A stretch of 63,401 nt of DNA, counting the filler, from Hausera hauseri (taxonomy: Eukaryota): NCBI GenBank assembly GCA_046269625.1. It is 9 parts of 9 records of this genome, joined end to end, with 100 filler letters (N's around TTAATTAATTAA, not from the genome) between each part and the next. Parts side by side here need not be neighbours in the genome. Positions count along the whole stretch, not along the records: positions 1 to 12,524 come from JBJURY010030003.1; positions 12,625 to 18,436 come from JBJURY010185083.1; positions 18,537 to 22,845 come from JBJURY010643663.1; 6 more parts are not named here. One strand, written 5' to 3'. Position numbers and translations under genes: made by a program. Shown piece after piece: positions 9,294-19,622 of this stretch; the stretch's first letter is position 1; each line of letters starts with the position of its first letter. The notes below the pieces were generated by a model. It made no database searches, was not told where the DNA came from, and worked only from the letters and a program-made list of their open reading frames with translations.

Positions 9294-10472
9294 TTATACC
9301 GCCTCGTAAGCGCTGGCGATGCCCTGACCACCACCGATACACATCGTGGCTAATCCACGTTTTTTACCGGTTCTGATCATTTCATAAATAAGGGTCGTGA
9401 CGATGCGGGCACCACTGGCACCAATCGGATGCCCTAGCGCTATGGCTCCACCATTCACATTAACCCTGGAAAGATCCCAACCTAATTCCTTGTTCACCGC
9501 AATTGACTGCGCGGCAAAAGCCTCATTGGATTCCACCACATCCAGATCATCCAGCGACCAACCAACCCGGGCTAGGCATTTCCGCGTTGCGGCAACCGGC
9601 CCTATCCCCATAATTGTAGGATCCACTCCAGCCACCCCAAAACCCACCACCCGAACCAGTGGTTTCAACCCCAGAGCCTTGGCCTTTTCGGCTGTCATCA
9701 ACAACAGTGCCGCAGCACCATCGTTAATGCCAGATGCATTAGCTGCCGTCACGGTGCCATCTTTCTTGAACGCAGGGTTGACCTTTTTCATGGAATCTTT
9801 GGATACATCATGCCGAATGAATTCATCCTTAACAAAACGAATGGGATCGCCTTTTCGTTGTGGGATTTCAATCGGAGTAATCTCTTCGGCAAATTTGCCA
9901 GCCTTGTCCGCCGCGCTGGCCCTCGATTGAGAAGCCAACGCAAAATCATCCTGCTCATCTCTGGAAATATTGTACTGAGCAGCCAGATTCTCAGCAGTAA
10001 TACCCATATGAATGCCGTTGCTGAGTGAACAGGTTAAACCATCTTTGAGCACCACATCTTCCAGTGCCCAGTTCCCCAACTTTATCCCGTTTCTGGAGTT
10101 CGGCAGAAAGTGTCCGGCAGCAGACATGTTTTCCATTCCGCCCGCAACCATGATGTCTGCATCGCCCGTTGCAATAGCCTGATAAGCATATTGAATCGCC
10201 TTCATGCCGCTACCGCATAATTTGTTGATCGCAATGGCCGGTGTTGTTTGGGGAATCCCGGCGCGTATAGCCGCCTGACGAGCTGGGTTCTGACCATTAC
10301 CAGCCTGTAGCACATGACCCAGCACCACATCATCCACGGTGCTTGCATCCAACCCTTCCAGAATATCCCGAATCACGGCTGCCCCCAACTGTGCAGCACT
10401 CAGCGACGACAATGTTCCGAGGAAACTACCGATAGCTGTTCTTTTGGCTCTGACGACGACAACTTCTTTCAT
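9294..10472 (-). CDS. phaA: Acetyl-CoA acetyltransferase (beta-ketothiolase)
   Basis: NKLCGSG, NEAFAAQ, GHPIGASG and CIGGGQG thiolase motifs. Confidence 0.95.
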   Translation of the reverse strand: MKEVVVVRAKRTAIGSFLGTLSSLSAAQLGAAVIRDILEGLDASTVDDVVLGHVLQAGNGQNPARQAAIRAGIPQTTPAIAINKLCGSGMKAIQYAYQAIATGDADIMVAGGMENMSAAGHFLPNSRNGIKLGNWALEDVVLKDGLTCSLSNGIHMGITAENLAAQYNISRDEQDDFALASQSRASAADKAGKFAEEITPIEIPQRKGDPIRFVKDEFIRHDVSKDSMKKVNPAFKKDGTVTAANASGINDGAAALLLMTAEKAKALGLKPLVRVVGFGVAGVDPTIMGIGPVAATRKCLARVGWSLDDLDVVESNEAFAAQSIAVNKELGWDLSRVNVNGGAIALGHPIGASGARIVTTLIYEMIRTGKKRGLATMCIGGGQGIASAYEAV

Positions 10473-10526
10473 AGTTTAGGCTCCCAATGCATGAGTTAAA
10501 ATTAAAGCGCTGCAAGTGACCGTATC

Positions 10527-10562
10527 AAAAATCAGGCGACACTGTAGTGCCGCCCAATTTTT
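10527..10562 (-). terminator. Putative terminator after the downstream phasin gene
   Basis: GGGCGGCACT-AC-AGTGTCGCCT stem on the minus strand followed by a T-run. Confidence 0.6.
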
Positions 10563-10629
10563 CTCAAACTACCCGAAAACCGCTAGCAGCATCATATGCT
10601 GAAAACATGATCCTGTCAGGCTCGACACG

Positions 10630-10980
10630 TTACTTGGAAGACGACTTTGCAGCTGATCCAGCCGCCTTGAGCGCATTGCTTAAAATACTATTCAGTTGCT
10701 CAACATAATTCTTGTAGGCATCCAGCATTCTGTTGGTATTGTTCACCGCCATGGTTTCCACTTGCTTAGTCACATCGACCATGTAATTTTCCAGATCTTT
10801 GGGAGATTTGATTGTCGAAGCACGTGAAAGACTGTTGGTTGCAAACTGAACCCCTTCGGTAATCAATTCATTTTGAATGGCAACATTTTTCTGCAAAGAT
10901 TCTACGTACAGGCCACATACCTTGGTAAGGTTCTCCAGATTTGACTCATATGCGCTATTGATTCCATTCAGATTAATCAT
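10630..10980 (-). CDS. phaP: Phasin (PHA granule protein), copy 2
   Basis: 116 aa amphipathic helical protein with a IKSPKDL motif, inside the pha cluster; paralog of 11422-11772. Confidence 0.8.
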   Translation of the reverse strand: MINLNGINSAYESNLENLTKVCGLYVESLQKNVAIQNELITEGVQFATNSLSRASTIKSPKDLENYMVDVTKQVETMAVNNTNRMLDAYKNYVEQLNSILSNALKAAGSAAKSSSK

Positions 10981-11007
10981 TTTTAATCTCCTTGACTTTG
11001 TAATTTG

Positions 11008-11087
11008 GCAAATATGTTGTGATGCAACATATTTGCAGTGTAGAGCACCCCAAACGCCCTGTCAAGCAATTTTGTTGCGTTGCAGCA
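11008..11087 (-). promoter_or_regulatory. Sigma70 promoter flanked by PhaR-type operators (phasin 2)
   Basis: TTGACA (11065-11060), 17-nt spacer, TACACT (11042-11037). Palindrome GCAAATATGTTG-N5-CAACATATTTGC and a TGTTGCGTTGCAGCA box. Confidence 0.8.
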
Positions 11088-11336
11088 TAAAATTTTTATG
11101 CGTCGAAATAATTCATTGGACTCATAACTATATCTTCCATTTCACCCTTGGCTTCCTGGTCGCCACAGAACAAGGTCAAGATTGAATTCCACGAAACCAC
11201 GACAACACGGCATAGAAGTACTACACCTGCAAAAACAGTATCTGAACCAGTCGTAGGGTAAGCGAGATACTCCATATTCACCATAGAATGGTACGGGAGT
11301 AAACAACACCAGAAGGCACCGGATTAACCAGCCTTG

Positions 11337-11373
11337 AAAAAACCAAGCGGCACATGAGCAACGTGCCGCTTGG
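11337..11373 (-). terminator. Rho-independent terminator after phasin 1
   Basis: 11-bp stem CCAAGCGGCAC/GTGCCGCTTGG followed by TTTTTT on the minus strand. Confidence 0.8.
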
Positions 11374-11421
11374 CCAACTACGGAGGAGTTTGAACGGGAC
11401 AGACCCGTCAGAATTGCTACT

Positions 11422-11772
11422 TTACTTGGCAGCCGGTTTTACAGCGGTGCTAGTAACTTTGAACGTGCTGGTGAAAATACCATTCAATTGCTCAACATAG
11501 CTCTTGTAAGCATCTAGCAGCTTGTTGGTGTTATTGACCGTCATCGTTTCTACTTGCTTGGTTACGTCAACGACATAGCTTTCCAAATCCTTGGGGGACT
11601 TGATCGTCGAAGCGCGCGAAAGATTGTTCGTCGCAAACTGAACCCCTTCAGTAATCAGTTCATTTTGCATAGCAACGCCTTTTTGCAACGATTCCACATT
11701 CAAACCGCATACCTTGGTAAAACTTTCCAGATTGGATTCGTAAGCCTTATTGATTTCATTCATGTTAATCAT
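11422..11772 (-). CDS. phaP: Phasin (PHA granule protein), copy 1
   Basis: 116 aa, collinear paralog of 10630-10980. Confidence 0.8.
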   Translation of the reverse strand: MINMNEINKAYESNLESFTKVCGLNVESLQKGVAMQNELITEGVQFATNNLSRASTIKSPKDLESYVVDVTKQVETMTVNNTNKLLDAYKSYVEQLNGIFTSTFKVTSTAVKPAAK

Positions 11773-11795
11773 TTATCTCTCCTTTAGGTTTAATG

Positions 11796-11879
11796 ACTGC
11801 ATATATGTTGTGATGCAACATATATGCAGTGTAAGTCACGAAAAATGCTCTGTCAAGCATTTTTTGTTGCATCGCAGCA
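11796..11879 (-). promoter_or_regulatory. Sigma70 promoter flanked by PhaR-type operators (phasin 1)
   Basis: TTGACA (11856-11851), 17-nt spacer, TACACT (11833-11828). 15-bp-arm palindrome ACTGCATATATGTTG-N5-CAACATATATGCAGT and a TGTTGCATCGCAGCA box. Confidence 0.8.
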
Positions 11880-12524
11880 AAAACGGGATGTTTTTTGACA
11901 ATCATGTTATCTTTCAATTGATTAATGGCGTTTAAATACACCAGAAACACCCAGGAGCTAATAGTCTGGCGCGCTGCAGCATCGTTTAACTGGCTCGCTT
12001 TGCGCGGTGCCTATACAACACTGCTATAACGCCAGTCAGCTTGAGAAGGCAAGAATCAATAGATTCATCTATGATGAGTCTCGCATTAACGTTTCCCCAT
12101 ACATCTTTTCGTTGCAACCCTGAACCCTTTAGGCTATCAGAGGGGTATCTTGTATGTGCCAGTATGCAGCACCTGGAATATGCAAGCTTGCAACACTTTA
12201 TTCCCAACGTATTTTCCAAACCTATCAGGCTCGTATTTGCTATTTCCATGACACACTCATGGGGTATCAAAATCACGAATATCGCTGGGGCCACCAGCAA
12301 GAGGCATCACACTGTTAGGCCAGCACACTGCATTTGCCGAACAATATCTGGACTCGCCCATATTTTTCACCACGGCACAGACTACTCATGCAATACAACA
12401 AAGTGGCGCAATCAGCCTGTTATGCTCACAGGCCGACCAAGCTTCTGCCTTAGGGACACGCTGATTTATTCGGAGATCGGCCGGTCATGATGATTGATGA
12501 TATGCGAGAATCAGCACATGGATG

Positions 12525-12624
12525 NNNNNNNNNNNNNNNNNNNNNNNNNNNNNNNNNNNNNNNNNNNNTTAATTAATTAANNNNNNNNNNNNNNNNNNNN
12601 NNNNNNNNNNNNNNNNNNNNNNNN
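12525..12624. other. Artificial contig spacer. Also at 18437-18536, 22846-22945, 27045-27144, 33940-34039, 40714-40813, 45195-45294 and 54694-54793
   Basis: Identical N44-TTAATTAATTAA-N44 six-frame-stop linkers. Confidence 0.99.
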
Positions 12625-12691
12625 AGATCAGTAACGACATTGTTTACTTTGTTTCAACAATTATTAGCAATGTTTATTTTTCATTGCTGAG

Positions 12692-13760
12692 TTATTGTAC
12701 AAAACATTCCTTTATACATTCACATTGATTCTGTAATCGAGTTTTCACCAAATCGATGGCATAAACACAATTCACGCCGACAATACCGGCAATTCCACCG
12801 TTCAGGATTTGCGGTAGAAAATTTATTCCAGGAGAATGCACGGACCATCCAAAATCTACCAATTTCAGATTGTAATCATAATCGATGACCAAATTTTCAG
12901 GCTTTATGTCGCGATGTATAACGCCATTTGAATGACAATACACGAGTGCTTCACATAGAGTAGCCCATCTGCAATCATTAAATCTAGCCCTTCTTTCGCA
13001 AAATACTATACATCTGATCGTACCACGCATACACAAGAACCAGATAAACTCGAATATAATCATCAAACCAAGTGTATAATTGTAAAATATTCTGATGGGA
13101 TAATTTAGTGATAATATTCACTTCACAGAAGAAATTAATAGAATTATTTTCATACAATGATTTTTGAACATAACTTTCAGTGCACAGAGGAATCCTTCTT
13201 TTTTCGTCTTAGCTAAAAAAACACGACCAAATTTCCCAGTACCCAACAAACTTCCAACATCAAAATCATCTAATTTACTTTTTGCAATTTCTTTATCAAC
13301 ATGATAACGTAACAATTTTCCAACATCGAATTTATCAAAACTGTTGCTTGGACTTAAATTCTCCGTAACTGGCGGTTGAAAAATATCAACATACAAATTC
13401 ATCCGAATTATATAGTAAAAAAATTACGTAGCAAAATAATCAAATACGAATCAGTCAGTAAAAAATTTATTATTAAAACAAACCATCACAAAATCTACAA
13501 GGCCAATCAATCCGTAAAAATTTTTTTGCATTCATTCGAGATTTTACAGACTTCTGCGATAATTTCAAGTTTCGATCAAACGATATTTCTTTCGACACAT
13601 CTGTTATGATACGACAATGATTTTCATCTTCAAATTCTTTTGCAGGCATTAAACTTAGTCTTGATTGTGTTAATCGTTTTCCTGAATTCGGATATGAATC
13701 ATTTGAAGTTATTCGATTAGTATCCAACGATTGTAAGCGAACGCGATCAAAGCTTGTCAT
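12692..13760 (-). pseudogene. Aurora-kinase-like pseudogene, 3'-fused to an SLC25 mitochondrial carrier fragment
   Basis: [37 protein letters not shown] and DFGWSVH, with frameshifts and stops; then [26 protein letters not shown]. Confidence 0.8.
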
Positions 13761-15674
13761 TTAATTTTTTCAACAAAAATATTGCTTAATTCAGCTTTCT
13801 TTGCCACTTGTACAGAAACAAAACAAATTATTTACAAAGTTAGATAACCACTTCTCAAAATTACACGGATTTTATGACTTCAATTACTGCCTACTTTATA
13901 AAATATAGATGGATGACTTGAAATTTCCAAATAAACCATATATCAGTATTTGGTAGTAAAATTTGAAAATCTGATTTAAGGAACAATAAGACTTTTACAA
14001 AAAATTCGGCGAAGAGAGAAAATTGACGTACTACTTCGATTTTATCGATAAGTTAAAAACTACAGTGACAAAACAAAAAGCTGCCGAGTGTACGGGTCAA
14101 CGTACAACAACTGCGGAGCAAACAGACACACACTGCCTTGAAAAAGTTTTTTTCAGACGTTTGTCGATAAATGTCCGGAATATTTTATTCCATGCGACAG
14201 ATATGTCTTTTCGGTTTTATGTATTGTCCTTTAAATCGTAAGGTGATTCGGAAATGTCTGTTTGCGATTCCGACCGAAAATATCACAGATGGAGAGTATT
14301 GTTTCACGATGTCGAGTTGAGAAGCGAGATCCTGAAGTCTCTTGTTTACTTCTTCGTAGCAACATAAAGATCCTTAGTGTCGTATTCAGTTACCGAATTT
14401 TTACTTTCTTGAAATCGAAAGATAAGCTGAAACGTGAAACCCAAAAAAATAAACTTCAAATTGAAATTTAAAAGGTTGAACTGTTATCAAATTACTGTTA
14501 AGAAAATCCGAAATAGAAATTGAAACTACCAGATTCTTTTATTTATTGTTTTTTTCACTCAAACAAAAAAACTTTACAAAAGTTCATATGCACATGTATG
14601 ATCCGTATATCGTGCAAATCTCACACGAGACAGTAACACACAGACTCGTTGTAAAACACAATTTCAATTGATATCACTTTTCTTAACAAAAAAGTATGAG
14701 AAATTCAATTATACCGCAGTCGTATCCCGATATGGCAACATGTACACATTAGTAACAGTTAGCAAAATAAAGTACGTCTTATCACTAAGAAACACCAGTG
14801 TATAAATTCGGAGATTTCAATTGAGGTTTCGAATTTCGTAACTTCAAGATGGGCTGTTGATGCTCGCATGTCATGTTTGTTAGAACTGGAAGAATGTAAA
14901 GAATACCATTAATTTCATTTTGGCTACTGTTGATTTCAGTCATATAGATGTTCAATGCATTAATAGCATAATCACTCATCTGATTGACTTTATTCGAGTT
15001 TTGAAAAGATGTTGAATCTTCTTTAAACAGTTTAATGTAGCAAATGAGAGAGAATAATGTTTCGTCTGGTTCCTTCGGTTTTACTGATCGGCCAGACGTT
15101 TTATCATGATCAGCGACTTTATTAAATATGAAAATTTTAGCTAGACTAATCTATTTTTCTGAATTTGAAAAACTGGAGTAATTGTAGTTTTAGGTAATCA
15201 TGTGGAAATCTTCAGACAATTGAACGAGAGTTATGGGAGACATACGTTCTTGTACTTGATCATGCTGTTCGAACAAGATGCGAAGAAATTTGCATTTAGT
15301 TTGTTTATTCGAGGTATTGAAGATAGTTTCTCATAAATTTCCACCGAAAGTTCTGAATTTATCTGAAAGTACGGAGGAGGATTATGATTGAGTTTGGTAT
15401 TTGGATTCCTTGTTGTTGTAGATGAATGCTGTACAGAGGGTACTTTGATGAAACGTTGGATGAGTAGAAGTCTAAGCTTGGTAATGACGCTGTACTTTGC
15501 AAATATCGAGATTGGCTGCTGGGTAGGTTGAAATCGATGATCATTGATGATCAGTTATTTGGCGAATGGGCTGACGAAATCGACTGGCACTCAGTGTTGC
15601 TTGTATGCGACTGATTTCTTTGGCACACAAATGTGTGTGTTGACAACCAATAAAATTGTTTCTCAGAGGTCGGA

Positions 15675-15770
15675 AATTGGGCCCGACTATGGGTACTACG
15701 CGGCGGCAACGGACGCCGGACCGTGCCCAACCAAATGGGCTAAAGGACACCAGCCGCTGTGGGCAGCACA
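15675..15770 (-). repeat. GC-rich dispersed ~100-bp repeat, probably an LTR 5' terminus. Copies at 16511-16606 and 36024-36121
   Basis: Shared core GTGCCC(A/G)ACCAAATGGGC(C/T)AAAG; homology starts abruptly at TGTG(G/C)TG. Confidence 0.65.
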
Positions 15771-15779
15771 GAGAGCATC

Positions 15780-16450
15780 ATGACAGTTTGATTATTGAAA
15801 GATGTTATGTGTTTTCTGGCTAAGGAACCCATAAAACGTGGGGGTTTCCCTTCGAGAACAATGCATCTGTCATCGAACAGATAAATGTTTCGACAATGTC
15901 TGAATGTTACAATATCAATGAGGTTTCTGACATATTGTTTTTCTTGTTCTGTCGGATTTGGTAGATTCTTCTGCAAGGCTTTCAAATCTGGACATTGGTT
16001 TATAAATTTCGTTAGCCACGATTCACTGGCAATAGCTGATGACGACATATTTTTGCAGTAAATAACGTTAAGCATAATGCTAACCATTGATAGAAGGTCC
16101 ACTTGTTTAAATCCATAACCGATGGAGTGTAATCGAAGCGGCAGATCTTTAAAAATGATCTCGTGGTCTTCCAACACTGGAAATACCGGTTTGTTCTTTT
16201 TCGTTTGAATTTTTCTTGGACCATTTTTTTCGTTTGGGTTCTCTGTTGAGACTTTTTGGTTCATCTTTATTACTGTTTTTTTTTCTTCAAAATATCACCG
16301 TCTTGTTGTAATTTTTGGACCGTGTTCTGTACTTCCTAATACGGCAGTCCGCGAGTTGTACAAATGGACGTCATGGCTTTCTTACTGTAGACGATTACTT
16401 CGACGGCTTTTACAACTTCAAAAATTTTGAAGTGCATTTGTAATCCTTCT
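15780..16450 (-). mobile_element. Pogo/Tigger-like (psq-HTH, CENP-B-like) transposase remnant
   Basis: AVEVIV...TRGLPY HTH-like segment and ASESWLTKFINQCPDL (S..WL..F...P.L motif); disrupted. Confidence 0.4.
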
Positions 16451-17614
16451 CTCTTAGTTCTGGGATTATCATAAAACTTTTCAGACTTAGAAAATATCCT
16501 CAACAAGGGGAATCGGACCCGTCTAAGTATCCGACGCAACGAAAACGGAGGCCCGGCCGTGCCCAACCAAATGGGCCAAAGAGCACCGGCCGCTGTGGAC
16601 ACCACAGCAAGGTAAGCGAAAATTCATAAATTCTTCAGAAAAACATTCATATAAGAAAATTTCAAAACCATGATTAAAAACTGATACAATTCTAAGCACA
16701 ATATCTTACAAATAAATTATCTCTGTCATGAGAATCTGACGAGAAAGATAATGTCATCAGGATTTTGTATCCTTCACAAACAGACAAAATGACCGCATCC
16801 TATATCCTAGTGTTAGGTATTTTTCTGTTGTAACATATAAAAACGTTAGAGTCGGACTGTTCATTCATTTTTTCCTTTCTTGCATTTATCTTTCCGAACA
16901 ATTTATTCAATCATTTTCTTTTAGCGTCTCTGACTTTTGTCTTTATCTTCTGATTGTGGGTTCGTGTACGGTATAACAACAAAATTGCCTCCGCACGAAT
17001 TTCTTTTAAACTTAAGTCATCATTACACTTAAACGATAGATGTAGGGAAATTAGTCATTTATGTAATGAAAATTTATTTCACAAAATATTTATAACGATT
17101 CATGTGGCCTTGATTAAACTATATTAATCAATCAATTTATATATGCAACAATTTTATTTAATTACCGACGTTATTTTCTTCCATAAAATTTGCTCTGGAA
17201 AGATTAACTCGGTTGTCCATATCAGTTCTTAGCTGGATTGAATGACAAAAGATTTCAGTAAATTTTTTTCGTCGTTCTTTTTGTTATGGTAGTGACCATT
17301 TACTGAAGGAAGGAATCAACTTTGTTTCAAATAATTACGTAACACGAGAATTTCTATTGTAGACTGGAGTAATAAAAATGGATATACTATACCGTAAAGT
17401 TTTCGTATGATTCGGGATTAAGCATTTACGATGTAGCATTTATTGTTTAAAATGCCAATCTCAAACTAATAAAAATAACAATTGTCTTGCAACCAAGTAA
17501 AATATCTACGACAATTGATGCTGAAGTTCTGAGAAATTTCACGTATATATTCGTGTCGTAATTTAGGTTGAAGCAATAATGGTTACTGTATTTACTTGGT
17601 GGTAGTTTATATAC

Positions 17615-18436
17615 TACGAGGGTGTTTAAATATAAAATGGATTTCTTAAATTCAGGATAGATGTAAAGTGCATAAAAAGGCAGACTATTAATAACGATAA
17701 AATATGTTGATGTTTATTTAACCTTGAAAAAAAATTTAAATTTGTTAGTTGCTATGTGAAATAATGTGATTGAATGTTAGTAGCTACGTTAGTTTTAATG
17801 CGTAGTTTTGTCATTATTTATTTTTCTACTTCTGCAATGAGTGAACAGGTTATCTCTTCACCTGTTATACAACGAGTTATTATTAAATTTCCTAGGAATG
17901 AAAATGTGAAACCTGTAGAAATTTTTACAAGGATCCGAGCACAATATGACTATGAAACGCTCTCAAGAACTCGGGAATATAAATGATGTAAGTCTTTTAA
18001 GGAAGGCCGAACAACATTTGAAAACATTATCCATGCTGGAAGACCAAAGACATCTATTACTGAAATGAATCTTGCAGAAATCGACTGTCTCGTACGCCAC
18101 AATCGTCGTATCACAATTTCTGAATTAGCTGAAATGGTTGAAATAAGTGTTAAAATAATAATTCACAATCATCTGAACTACAGCAAAGTCAATGCGCGGT
18201 GGGTACCAAAGCTGCTGTCAAATGAACAACAACAAGCACAAGTTGAAATTTTAACTCAGTTGTTGGATCTTTATGAAAGAGAAGATTATCCAGTCAAGAG
18301 GACACCCCTTTAGGAAAAATAATAAAAAGTATTTTCTGGGATTTTCTCGATGTCATTTTCGTTCATTTTTTATCGCCAAGCGACTTTCATTCATTTGGTC
18401 CACTTATGGAAGCGTTAGGAAAAAAAGAATTAAAAC
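17615..18436 (+). mobile_element. Mariner (Tc1/mariner) DNA transposon, decayed and partial
   Basis: TA+CGAGGG TIR start; QRVIIKF, GRP, NRRITISELAE and ARWVPKLL motifs, with stops. Confidence 0.88.
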
Positions 18437-18957
18437 NNNNNNNNNNNNNNNNNNNNNNNNNNNNNNNNNNNNNNNNNNNNTTAATTAATTAANNNNNNNN
18501 NNNNNNNNNNNNNNNNNNNNNNNNNNNNNNNNNNNNTAATAGTATGCATTGTGGATTGTGGTGGATTGTGATGGTGCCCGAATCCGCGGCACCACACTCG
18601 TCACTGCTTAACTAATAATAATATTTACAATTTGTCCTTTTCTCATTTACTATACCAATATACTGATAATAATATTTACAATTATTTTGCAGTGTGTCCT
18701 TTTACCATTTAATTCTCAACATTCTGCGTGGTTCACAACATTTTACCTCCCTGAGATGCATCCTCGGATGTGCATATTGCGTCAGGAAAGATGAAGTCCT
18801 TGTCTGGTCGCCTGAGGAGATCTAGTCTACGCCGGAGGTCTCTCACTTTCTGTATCATACAAGATTTCATTCTGTATTTCCTGACTAGTGGTGGGTTGAA
18901 TTTGAATCCTTCTGTTGTAAGTACCGTCCGAATAATACATAAGTCCGGCGGCTTCTG

Positions 18958-19100
18958 CACGACATAGAGGACACTTGATCTTTCCATTCTCTAGTGTCCA
19001 AATTTCAAGGCATCCGCGGCATTATTTGTGTCTGCATCCTTTGTTATCTAATTTGACGTGGCCTTTCTTAATATTATTTCTACATACAGGGCAAATACAC
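18958..19100 (-). pseudogene. C3HC4 RING finger remnant
   Basis: Manual translation CPVCRNNIKKGHVKLDNKGCRHK*CRGCLEIWTLENGKIKCPLCR, with one in-frame stop. Confidence 0.7.
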
Positions 19101-19622
19101 TCTTCTTCACCGATATTGTCTCAATCTAGATCTATTCTCGGAAAATTTGTATTTGTTCAAACACTAGTCCATGCTGGTCTTGATACAAATAGCCGTGGAT
19201 CATTTTCTGTTTTGTATCAATTAAACGTTTGCGGGAATCGTAGTTCACTGGCACTAACGTCCAATCTACGATGGTTTCTTGATGAAAACCTGGGATTTTG
19301 ACCTCTTTTTCGTATTTCACATGCTGTTTTCTCAGCATTACTCTGATTTGTGTATGCACGGGTACGGACAATTTTCCTGTCCTTTTTGATTTAAATATTG
19401 GAACTAAATAGTGCCCGATCTTGGGTCGTCCGGCAACAAACCTCAAGTTTTTATTTGGATATATTCCATTTTCTTGTTACTAGAAATTCCGAATATGTTT
19501 TCGTCTAGTATTCGTTTAAGTGGGTCGGTTGACTGGATTGCCTCACCCAACTTTACTTTAAAATATCGATCTATTGAAGGTGTATCTAATTGAGATTGTG
19601 GGTCTACTTCGACGTATACCTA

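Noticed and set aside
11986-12490. Overlapping 104-aa and 149-aa ORFs at the end of the bacterial contig
   Set aside because: No motif or convincing RBS; neither can be supported.
12000-13800. Bacterial pha cluster next to eukaryotic genes, suggesting horizontal transfer
   Set aside because: Separated by a linker; adjacency between contigs carries no information.
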